This document shows, in pieces, positions 8,988 through 16,961 of a stretch of DNA of 64,000 nt (within the stretch, counting starts at the first letter, position 1; each line of letters begins with the position of its first letter). The stretch covers positions 4,715-68,714 of the forward strand of contig AZYB01000001.1 in assembly GCA_000513055.1 (NCBI GenBank). Direction: 5' to 3'. Both the position numbers and the translations under genes were made by a program. Source of the DNA: an alpha proteobacterium SCGC AAA288-N07 (GTDB lineage: Bacteria; Pseudomonadota; Alphaproteobacteria; Pelagibacterales; Pelagibacteraceae). The notes beneath the pieces were generated by a model. The model made no database searches, was not told the DNA's origin, and saw only the letters and a program-made list of their open reading frames with translations.

Positions 8988-10706
8988 TGAACCAGAAGTT
9001 CCACTAAAGCCAGGTAAACCATTAACATCAACAATTTTAATATCTCCAATGTTCGCCATCGGTTTAACACTTTCTCTAATGATTGCTTCAATTTTTTCAG
9101 CAAGTTTTAATCTTAAAGCACTTCTTCTGCTTGCATCACTTCTCAAGTTCTCAGCAGCATTTAATGCTTCCTTACCAGCAGCATCTATCTCATATCTTAG
9201 TTTTGCTGCCAAAGTTGCAAATCTATCCTGTTCGGCTTTTGAAGCAGCAGTGATGACATCAACTTTCTTAATACCTTGGGCTTTTTCAACGTACATAGCT
9301 GAGTTCGCTTTTTCTTCAGCTTCTACTGCTCTAGCTCTAGTAACCTGTTCTTCAGCTTTAGATTTTAAAACTTGTTTAGATTTATTTATAACTTCAAGAT
9401 TTTTTTGATGTTCTTCTATACTTAATCTTTTCGTTTTATCTATATCAAGAAGTCTTGTTTCTCTTTCTGACTCAATTCTGTGAGCATCTAGATTTCTTTG
9501 TTGAGCAATTTTAGCATTTTTAATATCTTGTTCAGAAATTATTTGTGCTTCCTCAGCATCTTTTTGTCTTTCAGACTGTTCTTTAATTATAGTAGCTTTC
9601 TCTTGTGCCCGTTTCACATCAACGAGTCTTTGTTTTTCTAAACGTGCATACTCACTTTCTTTATCTAATTTTAAAATCTTAACTTCTGTCTCAAGATCTT
9701 TTTGCCTAATTTCATACGCCGAATTTTTCTCTAATTCGTTTTGTTCTTTTCGACGTTTTTCAATTTCTTCGATCAATCTTGTTTCTGTTAGTTTTTTTTC
9801 AACTTCAATAACCTGATTTTGCGAAATTTTTGCAACTTCAATTTGTTCTTGACTGCTTATTTCAGCTTCCTCAGCTTCACGTTCTTTTTCTGCTCTTTGT
9901 TTAACAGTTTCAGTTCTTTCTTTGGCTTTTTGAATGGCAATTTCTCTTTCTTGTTTGTATCTAGAAAATTCTTCGTTCTTCTTAATTTCTAGTTCTTTTT
10001 GAATCGTTTCTAAATTTTTACTTTCAATTGAAACTCTTGTATCTTGTGAAATAGCGTTTCTTTTTTTCTTTCTAGACTCAATTTGTTCAGTTAATTGTGT
10101 TAAACCTTGAGAATCAAAAGTATTTGCAGGATTAAACTGTTCGATTGGAGTTTGATCCAAAGATATAATAGAAACTGTTTCTAGTGCTAAACCTGTATGT
10201 CCTATCGATGCATCTGCAATTTTTGTAACATCTTTTACAAACTGTCCTCTATTTTCTTGTATTTCATCCAGTGTCATTTTTGCAGCAACTTCCCCTAGCG
10301 CATCTGCAAAACGACCTTGTACTACCTCTCTTAAATGTTCAGGATCAAGAGTTCTGTTACCTAAAGTTTGTGCAGCAGTTGCTACGGCTTTTTGTTCAGG
10401 TGGAACTTTTGTAAAAAATTCCGTAACTAGTTCTGCTCTCATTCGGTCTTTTGTTATCAAAGATTTGTCTCCACTTCTTTTTATAGTTATGCTCAGAGTA
10501 CGCATTCCCACTTGAGTTATGTTGTGAATTATAGGTAAGACAAAGGCTCCTCCCGATATAACTACTTTCTCACCAAGCATTCCTGTACGTACAAATGAAA
10601 CTTCCTTAGATGATCTTCTGTATAACCAATGCAATAGATAAACTATAATCGCTATTGCAAGTGCTAGTAGAATTATTGCTGCTATTATATCTGCTCCTCT
10701 AGTCAT
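8973..10706 (-). CDS. flotillin / SPFH (band 7) family protein (YqiK-like), apparently truncated by a frameshift
   Basis: 577 aa. N-terminal membrane anchor (IIAAIILLALAIAIIVYLL), SPFH core (VRTGMLGEKVVISGGAFVLPIIH...), and a long E/K/Q/A-rich coiled-coil region. Ends just after a G6 homopolymer (8982-8987). Starts 18 nt after the rhodopsin stop. Confidence 0.8.
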   Translation of the reverse strand: MTRGADIIAAIILLALAIAIIVYLLHWLYRRSSKEVSFVRTGMLGEKVVISGGAFVLPIIHNITQVGMRTLSITIKRSGDKSLITKDRMRAELVTEFFTKVPPEQKAVATAAQTLGNRTLDPEHLREVVQGRFADALGEVAAKMTLDEIQENRGQFVKDVTKIADASIGHTGLALETVSIISLDQTPIEQFNPANTFDSQGLTQLTEQIESRKKKRNAISQDTRVSIESKNLETIQKELEIKKNEEFSRYKQEREIAIQKAKERTETVKQRAEKEREAEEAEISSQEQIEVAKISQNQVIEVEKKLTETRLIEEIEKRRKEQNELEKNSAYEIRQKDLETEVKILKLDKESEYARLEKQRLVDVKRAQEKATIIKEQSERQKDAEEAQIISEQDIKNAKIAQQRNLDAHRIESERETRLLDIDKTKRLSIEEHQKNLEVINKSKQVLKSKAEEQVTRARAVEAEEKANSAMYVEKAQGIKKVDVITAASKAEQDRFATLAAKLRYEIDAAGKEALNAAENLRSDASRRSALRLKLAEKIEAIIRESVKPMANIGDIKIVDVNGLPGFSGTSGSGGQW

Positions 10707-10724
10707 AAATTATTTCTCCCAAAT

Positions 10725-11423
10725 TTAAGTTGCTTTCTTTGTATCGTTTAAAGCAGCGCCGTAGATTATCATTCCAAAAATGATTTTGTTTAATATGTCT
10801 GCTAAGTTGTAAATAATGTTTAAACTGTTAATGTTTGCGCCTCCGGCCAAGTGCTCAATAAAATATCCTATATGGTAAATTGAGAAACCTATGGTTATAA
10901 TCAATCTATTTGCAAAGAATGCCATTTGAACACTTTCATTGTTACAAGAAGCATTTTGTCTTCCTGCATCTCCCATGTAAAGTTCGCCAATAATATAAAG
11001 CCAACCAACAATACCTACTAAAAAGCCAAGAGTAACACTCATATATCCATAAGCTCCTAATAGCTGGGCTATAACCCAGACTAATGTTCCCACAAGCAGT
11101 CGCCAGAACATTCCTCTCTTAACGTTAGTAACCGACTTAAGCATTACGTAAAAAGTTAAAATCGTGAGCGGGAAAGTTAATATCCAATCAATATATCTTA
11201 AAGCTGTAGGTGCCTGACCATTCAAAACCCATAAATTTTTTGCATAGAGATAATGTATAGAGGACATTAGAGCTATTACCCCCACAAGATTCATTGCCGT
11301 TCCCCATCTGTTCGACAGACGGCCTCTCTCTAAGAAGAAAAATATCGCCGCTCCTATCATTGCAACCGAAATTAACCAAAAAGATCCTCCGACGACGTCC
11401 TGTGGCAGCAATAATTTGTTCAT
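10725..11423 (-). CDS. microbial (type 1) rhodopsin, divergent proteorhodopsin paralogue with a D-T-T motif
   Basis: 232 aa with 7 hydrophobic helices. Aligns along its whole length with green proteorhodopsin: SFWL, FFFLER, IHYLY, RYIDWILTFPL, NLADILNKIIFG with the Schiff-base Lys at residue 213. The donor position is Thr. No signal peptide. AAGGA SD-like sequence upstream of the ATG. Confidence 0.85.
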   Translation of the reverse strand: MNKLLLPQDVVGGSFWLISVAMIGAAIFFFLERGRLSNRWGTAMNLVGVIALMSSIHYLYAKNLWVLNGQAPTALRYIDWILTFPLTILTFYVMLKSVTNVKRGMFWRLLVGTLVWVIAQLLGAYGYMSVTLGFLVGIVGWLYIIGELYMGDAGRQNASCNNESVQMAFFANRLIITIGFSIYHIGYFIEHLAGGANINSLNIIYNLADILNKIIFGMIIYGAALNDTKKAT

Positions 11424-11690
11424 GATTTCCTTTTCAGACTTTTTTTTTATTTTTTTCTATTAAAATTGTATTTTTTATACAAATCAATAAAATAAAATTT
11501 GATTTAAGTAAAAAATATTTCAAAATCTTTTAAAATACCTCTAAAAAAAATTTATTTTTTTAACAATTCAATTAACACTAGAATTTTTTTAAAATTGTTT
11601 TTTTTGGTTTAAGTTAAGCAACGGATGGGTTGTTTATAATTTTAAAATTCCACTTCGTTAAATATTTATTATCTATATTATTATGCTTGA

Positions 11691-12329
11691 ATGCTTTCTA
11701 AAGTCATAACAATAGCGCAACAAAAAGGAGGTACGGGAAAAACAACTTTGGCAGTGCATTTGGCTCTGGCTTTAATAAAATACCATAATCTAAAAATTGT
11801 TATTATTGATACCGATCCACAAGGAAGTCTTGGTAAGTGGTATATTATTCGTTCAGAAAAAAAACTTTCAAACGACAATTTAACTTTTAAAACTGCCAGT
11901 TTATGGGGGGCTCAGTATGAGTCAAAAGCATTAAAAAAAGATCATGATATTGTAATTATAGATACTCCACCGAAAATTGAATCTGATGCACGTCCATCTA
12001 TTGAAGCTGCAGATTTAGTTTTAATACCAATGACACCTTCTCATGTTGATTTTTGGGCTACTGAAGCAATTGTAGAGATTGCAAAAAAAGCAAATAAAAA
12101 AATATTAATACAAATCAACAGAGCTAATCAACGATCTAAACTTATAAGTAAGACAAATGAATATATTAAAAGTATAAATCTTTCACCAACCCAAACAATA
12201 GTTGGACATCGACAAATTTTTGCATCATCTATGGGGGAAGGTAAAACTGCAGTGGAAAAACAAAAAAAAGGTAAAGCTGTAGAAGAAATAAAAAAGCTAA
12301 CAGAACAAATTCTATTAGAATTAAAATAA
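11691..12329 (+). CDS. ParA/MinD-family P-loop ATPase (small, orphan ParA-like)
   Basis: 212 aa. Deviant Walker A QKGGTGKTT near the N-terminus, plus IIDTDPQGS and IIDTPP motifs. No parB-like gene follows. Confidence 0.8.
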   Translation: MLSKVITIAQQKGGTGKTTLAVHLALALIKYHNLKIVIIDTDPQGSLGKWYIIRSEKKLSNDNLTFKTASLWGAQYESKALKKDHDIVIIDTPPKIESDARPSIEAADLVLIPMTPSHVDFWATEAIVEIAKKANKKILIQINRANQRSKLISKTNEYIKSINLSPTQTIVGHRQIFASSMGEGKTAVEKQKKGKAVEEIKKLTEQILLELK

Positions 12330-12415
12330 TTTTATCATTTAAAATTTATTGGCGTAATTTAAATCTATGTTGCAATTTTTATATCCTTCTATAATGGTAT
12401 TTATATAGCTTTTAG

Positions 12416-12489
12416 GAGGTTTCTTAATAAAATATTTATTCATCATATAAATGAGGTTTCTTAATAAAATATTTATTCATCATATAAAA
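12416..12489. repeat. 37-bp tandem duplication (2 copies, 36/37 identical)
   Basis: Copy 1 at 12416-12452 is gaggtttcttaataaaatatttattcatcatataaat. Copy 2 at 12453-12489 is identical except for the last base. Covers the 3' end of the GGCT-like ORF. Confidence 0.95.
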
Positions 12490-12783
12490 CATAATTTTTT
12501 TTCCATCCAAATAAAAATATTCTTTCTGATATGTGTCAGGAAATTCTTCATAACGATCTAATATTTTTTCATGTTTTTTTGTAATTTCCCATATTGCACC
12601 AGGTACTTTGAACCCTTTTTTTTTAATAACATTTGCATATCCAAATTTATTTTCTATATTTGAATGACAAAATGATAATTTGTAATCTTTAAGAAAAGTT
12701 GTCTTTAAATAATTCGACCCAACACATCGAATATTTTTCATCTGATGATGATTAAGATTGCTACCATAAGCAAAATATAACAT
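12436..12783 (-). CDS. gamma-glutamylcyclotransferase (GGCT/AIG2-like) family protein, C-terminus altered by the duplication
   Basis: 115 aa. N-terminal YFAYGSNL motif of the GGCT fold. The ORF terminates inside copy 1 of the 37-bp duplication. Confidence 0.65.
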   Translation of the reverse strand: MLYFAYGSNLNHHQMKNIRCVGSNYLKTTFLKDYKLSFCHSNIENKFGYANVIKKKGFKVPGAIWEITKKHEKILDRYEEFPDTYQKEYFYLDGKKIMFYMMNKYFIKKPHLYDE

Positions 12784-12786
12784 TGA

Positions 12787-13545
12787 TTAATCTTGTTTAA
12801 TTAATTCAATTTTTTTAAAATTAACAAATTTTAATATTTGTTCATTGCAAATATTAATTTTTGATTCTTCTTCAGATCTTAAAACTATAACGACTCCAAT
12901 TTTTCCCGCTCTAAAAAAGGGATAGCTGCCTATTTCAACTTCTTCATTATTTTCTTGAACTTCTTTTAGTGATATAGCAATTTCACTTTCCACAGTTCTT
13001 AAATTAATTGTCTTAGTCAATAGTTTTTTACCACCAGAAATTTTATCGTTTATTCCTGACAACATAGACTGAAGTATAGAGGGAACTCCTGGTAAACAAA
13101 AAACATTTTCAACGGAAAAACCAGGTGCTCCGCTTGTTGGATTGTAAATTAAAATTGCTTTTGAAGGCATCATAGCCATCTTCTGTCTTCCTTTATTAAA
13201 TTCTCCAGGTTTATAATATTTTTCCAAAATATTGAAAGCTTCGTGATGAATTTCGTAATTTAAATTAAATGCCTTTGATATTGACTCAGCTGTTATATCA
13301 TCATGAGTAGGTCCAATTCCTCCGGTTGTAAAAACATAGTTAAATTTTTTTCTTAGTTCATTAACGCAATCAATAATCTTATTTTCTTTATCGGTAATAA
13401 TTCTGACTTCATCAACCCTTACACCCACCTTATTAAGCCAGATTGAAAGATGAGAAAGATTAACTTCCTGGGTTCTTCCAGATAAAATTTCATTACCAAT
13501 TATAATTATTGCAGCAGTTATTTTATTTGATTTGTTATTTATCAT
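12787..13545 (-). CDS. CinA-like / molybdopterin-binding (MoCF-BD) domain protein
   Basis: 252 aa. IIIIGNEILSGRTQEVN and TTGGIGPTHDDIT motifs typical of the CinA N-terminal/MoCF biosynthesis domain. Confidence 0.7.
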   Translation of the reverse strand: MINNKSNKITAAIIIIGNEILSGRTQEVNLSHLSIWLNKVGVRVDEVRIITDKENKIIDCVNELRKKFNYVFTTGGIGPTHDDITAESISKAFNLNYEIHHEAFNILEKYYKPGEFNKGRQKMAMMPSKAILIYNPTSGAPGFSVENVFCLPGVPSILQSMLSGINDKISGGKKLLTKTINLRTVESEIAISLKEVQENNEEVEIGSYPFFRAGKIGVVIVLRSEEESKINICNEQILKFVNFKKIELIKQD

Positions 13546-13568
13546 TAAATTAATATTATATTTTTTTT

Positions 13569-14261
13569 ATGAGATTTACAGATAATTTATTAAATGGAAT
13601 ATTAATTAAAAGATACAAACGTTTTTTTGCAGATGTGGAAATTAAAAATCAAATAGTTACCGCCCATTGTCCCAATACTGGCTCGATGATGGGATTAATA
13701 GATAAAAAAAATAAAGTTTGGATTTCTAAATCAGATAACCCAAAAAGAAAACTAAAATATACTTTAGAGTTGATCAAAGTCAAAGAGAGCCTTGTTGGTG
13801 TTAATACTATATTTGCAAATAAAATTGTAAATGAGGCTTTAAAAAAAAAATTAATTAAGGAATTTATTGAATTTAATGATATTAAATCTGAAGTAACATA
13901 TGATAAGCAAACAAGGTTTGATTTTTTTCTTGAAAATAAAAATAAAAAAATTTTTTTAGAAGTTAAAAATGTCACCCTATCTTTAGAAAAAGGTATTGCA
14001 GAATTTCCTGATGCAAAAACTTCAAGGGGGACTAAACATTTAATAAAATTGCTTGAAGCAAAAAAAAAGGGTTTTCAAAGCTATATTTTATATTTAATTC
14101 AAAGGGAAAATTGTAATTTCTTTAGAATTGCAGATAAAATTGATATTGAATACAAAAAGACTTTTATTAAAGTTAAAAAAGAAGGTGTAAAAATACTTTG
14201 CTATAATTGTAAATTGAGTCCTCAAGAGATAAAAGTAAATGAACCCGTTGAAATACTATAG
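13569..14261 (+). CDS. sfsA: sugar fermentation stimulation protein SfsA homologue
   Basis: 230 aa. Has the characteristic N-terminal RYKRFFADV and HCPNTGSM motifs. Confidence 0.8.
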   Translation: MRFTDNLLNGILIKRYKRFFADVEIKNQIVTAHCPNTGSMMGLIDKKNKVWISKSDNPKRKLKYTLELIKVKESLVGVNTIFANKIVNEALKKKLIKEFIEFNDIKSEVTYDKQTRFDFFLENKNKKIFLEVKNVTLSLEKGIAEFPDAKTSRGTKHLIKLLEAKKKGFQSYILYLIQRENCNFFRIADKIDIEYKKTFIKVKKEGVKILCYNCKLSPQEIKVNEPVEIL

Positions 14262-14267
14262 TTAAAG

Positions 14268-15044
14268 ATGAAAAAAATTGATGTTGAATTATTTGAAAAA
14301 ATGCACATTGCAGGAAAGCTTGCTGCAAGAACTCTCGATGAACTTACTTCATTTGTTAAGCCTGGTGTAACTACAAATTTTTTGGACAAAATTTGTTATG
14401 AATATATAAAAGATCATGGTGGCAATTCCGCTCCACTTTACTACAGAGGTTTTCCAAAATCATGTTGCACTTCAGCAAACCACACTGTGTGCCATGGAAT
14501 ACCTTCTGAGAAGATACTTAAAGACGGTGATATTATTAATGTTGATGTTACGGCATTCATAAATGGACATCATGGTGATACGAGTAGAATGTTTTATATT
14601 GGAGACATTTCTGTTAAAAGTAAAAATCTTATATCTGCAACTTATGTATCAATGATGAAAGCTCTATCAATAATTAAACCTGGAATGAAATTAGGTGATA
14701 TTGGTGCAACAATTCAAGATTATGTTGAATTAAAGGGATACTCGGTAGTAAAGGATTTTTGCGGTCACGGAATTGGAACGGTTTTCCATGAACCACCAAA
14801 CGTATTGCATTATGGGAAAAAAAATTCTGGAATAACTTTAAAAAGTGGAATGATTTTTACCATAGAGCCAATGATAAATGAGGGAAAGTATGACATTAAA
14901 ATCCTTAACGATGGATGGACAGCCGTTACAAAAGATAAAACTTTATCGGCACAATTTGAACATACTGTAGGTGTAACAGATGAAGGGTTTGAAATATTTA
15001 CAAAATCAGATAAAAATCTTACTCAACCCCCTTACTTAGTATGA
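14268..15044 (+). CDS. map: type I methionine aminopeptidase
   Basis: 258 aa. Metal-ligand contexts DIINVDVT, HGDTSRMF, CGHGIG, FTIEPM and QFEHT. Confidence 0.9.
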   Translation: MKKIDVELFEKMHIAGKLAARTLDELTSFVKPGVTTNFLDKICYEYIKDHGGNSAPLYYRGFPKSCCTSANHTVCHGIPSEKILKDGDIINVDVTAFINGHHGDTSRMFYIGDISVKSKNLISATYVSMMKALSIIKPGMKLGDIGATIQDYVELKGYSVVKDFCGHGIGTVFHEPPNVLHYGKKNSGITLKSGMIFTIEPMINEGKYDIKILNDGWTAVTKDKTLSAQFEHTVGVTDEGFEIFTKSDKNLTQPPYLV

Positions 15045-16333
15045 TCAAAAGATATTCGAGAAAAAAATTAACCGATATTTGGGAAGAAAAAAATAAATAT
15101 AGAATTTGGCTTAATATTGAATTAGCTGCTGCTGAAGGAATGGAAAAAATTAAGGCAATTCCTAAGGGAGTAGCAAAAGCTGTTAAATCTAAAGCAAAAA
15201 TTAATGTTAAAAGAATCCATAAAATTGAAGATAAAGTTAAACATGATGTAATCGCTTTCTTAACATCGATAACAGAACAAGTTAATTCAAAAGGAAAATT
15301 TTTACACCAAGGAATGACTTCTTCTGATGTTTTGGATACTTGTTTTAATATTCAATTAGTTCAATCAGGAAAAATTTTGTTAAATGATATTGATGAAATT
15401 TTAAAAGTTTTAAAAAAACAAGCAAGCAAACATAAGTTTACTATTTGTATTGGAAGGAGTCACGGTATGCATGCCGAACCGATTACATTTGGCTTAAAAT
15501 TGGCAAGTTTTTATGAAGAATTTAAAAGAAATCGAAAACGTTTAGTTCAAGCCATAACCGAAATTTCAACTTGTGCTATTTCTGGTGCTGTCGGTACTTA
15601 TGCAAATGTTGATCCTAGAATAGAAAAATATGTTGCCAAAAAATTTAAATTAAAAATTGAACCTATTTCATCACAAATTATACCTAGAGACAGACATGCA
15701 TATTTTTTTTCTATTTTAGGAATAATTGCCGGCTCAGTTGAAAGAATAGCAATCGAAATAAGACATTTACAAAAAAACGAGGTACAAGAAGTTCAGGAAT
15801 TTTTTTCAAAAAATCAAAAAGGTTCTTCAGCTATGCCTCACAAAACTAATCCAATTCTAAGTGAAAATCTAACTGGACTTTCTAGATTGGTAAGAAGTTA
15901 TGTTATTCCTGCTTTAGAAAATATCTCATTGTGGCATGAAAGAGATATTTCTCATTCTAGTGTTGAACGAAATATTGGCCCAGATTCTACAATTACGTTA
16001 GATTTTGCACTTTTTAGGTTAAAAAATATTTTAAAAAATCTAAATGTTTATCCAAAAAATATGCTTAACAATTTAAATTTATCTAAAGGATTAATTTTTT
16101 CACAAGGATTAATGCTTGAATTAACAAAAAATGGTTTTTCAAAAGAACTTTCATATAAACTATTACAAAAACACTCTACAAACGCGCGAAATAAAAATAT
16201 TTCTTTACTAGACAGTCTTAAGAGCGATAAAAAGATTTATAGATACTTTGATAATAAAAAATTAGCAAAAATTTTTGATTTTAAATATTATACAAGAAAC
16301 ATTGGTTTAATTTTTAATAGAGTTTTTAAGTAA
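15041..16333 (+). CDS. purB: adenylosuccinate lyase
   Basis: 430 aa. Fumarate-lyase signature GSSAMPHKTNP and a typical PurB N-terminus (RYSRKKLTDIWEE). Overlaps map by 4 nt. Confidence 0.9.
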   Translation: MIKRYSRKKLTDIWEEKNKYRIWLNIELAAAEGMEKIKAIPKGVAKAVKSKAKINVKRIHKIEDKVKHDVIAFLTSITEQVNSKGKFLHQGMTSSDVLDTCFNIQLVQSGKILLNDIDEILKVLKKQASKHKFTICIGRSHGMHAEPITFGLKLASFYEEFKRNRKRLVQAITEISTCAISGAVGTYANVDPRIEKYVAKKFKLKIEPISSQIIPRDRHAYFFSILGIIAGSVERIAIEIRHLQKNEVQEVQEFFSKNQKGSSAMPHKTNPILSENLTGLSRLVRSYVIPALENISLWHERDISHSSVERNIGPDSTITLDFALFRLKNILKNLNVYPKNMLNNLNLSKGLIFSQGLMLELTKNGFSKELSYKLLQKHSTNARNKNISLLDSLKSDKKIYRYFDNKKLAKIFDFKYYTRNIGLIFNRVFK

Positions 16334-16353
16334 AATATGCAAAATCAACTGTT

Positions 16354-16590
16354 ATGACTATGAATTTGAATGAAATTGAAAATCTAGTGAAGAAAGCTAT
16401 TCCTGATGCTATAATTGATATTCAAGATTTAGCTGGAGATGGTAATCACTACTCTGCTACAATAATTTCATCCTTATTCAAAGGTAAAAGTAAAATAGAA
16501 CAACACAAAATAGTTTATAATGCTTTAAAAGGCAAAATGGGAAACGAACTGCATGCTTTAGCAATAAAAACAAAGGAAAAAGATAAATGA
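16354..16590 (+). CDS. BolA family protein
   Basis: 78 aa. GDGNHY...IISSLFKGKS...QHKIVYNAL pattern of BolA-like proteins. Adjacent to a monothiol glutaredoxin, its usual partner. Confidence 0.8.
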   Translation: MTMNLNEIENLVKKAIPDAIIDIQDLAGDGNHYSATIISSLFKGKSKIEQHKIVYNALKGKMGNELHALAIKTKEKDK

Positions 16591-16922
16591 GTGAAAATAC
16601 AAAAAATTTAATTAAAAATGAAATAGAACAGAATGATGTATGTTTTTTTATGAAAGGTACACCAGATGCTCCTCAATGCGGTTTTTCAATGGCTGTATCC
16701 AATATTTTAAAAATTTTGGATGTAAATTTTAAAAGTATCAATGTTCTAGAAAATGATGAATTAAGACAAGGGATAAAAGAATTTAGTGATTGGCCTACAA
16801 TACCCCAACTTTATGTTAAAGGAGAATTTTTAGGTGGCTGCGATATAGTTAAAGAAATGTATGAGTCAGGCGAACTACAAAAAAAATTTTCTGAAAAATC
16901 AATAGACTACAAAAAAAAATAA
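16587..16922 (+). CDS. grxD: Grx4-type monothiol glutaredoxin
   Basis: 111 aa. CGFS active site (PQCGFS) and WPTIPQLYVKGEFLGGCDI. Overlaps the bolA-like gene by 4 nt. Confidence 0.9.
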   Translation: MSENTKNLIKNEIEQNDVCFFMKGTPDAPQCGFSMAVSNILKILDVNFKSINVLENDELRQGIKEFSDWPTIPQLYVKGEFLGGCDIVKEMYESGELQKKFSEKSIDYKKK

Positions 16923-16961
16923 TTTATCTATATTAAAACTATTTTTTTTTAAATTGATGAA

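Noticed and set aside
8723-9103. 126-aa ORF as an independent gene overlapping the flotillin 3' end by 131 nt
   Set aside because: Its N-terminal 40 residues are just the alternative frame of the flotillin. Only the part after the G6 run looks protein-like, and it matches a flotillin C-terminus. I interpret it as a frameshifted continuation.
9049-9408. 119-aa plus-strand ORF antisense to the flotillin coiled-coil region
   Set aside because: GAA/AAA/GCT-rich coiled-coil codons leave the opposite strand open by chance. The product is a Phe/Ser/Leu/Ala-rich artefact.
10725-11423. Calling the rhodopsin an ordinary green/blue proton-pumping proteorhodopsin
   Set aside because: The donor Glu, the L/Q tuning residue and the helix-F Trp/Pro are all replaced, so a standard PR annotation would be misleading.
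11691-12329. ParA-like gene as evidence that the contig is a plasmid or an integrated conjugative element
   Set aside because: No replication, conjugation, integrase or ParB genes are present, and the gene is followed by 50 kb of essential housekeeping genes (rpsD, cysS, glmS, nrdAB).
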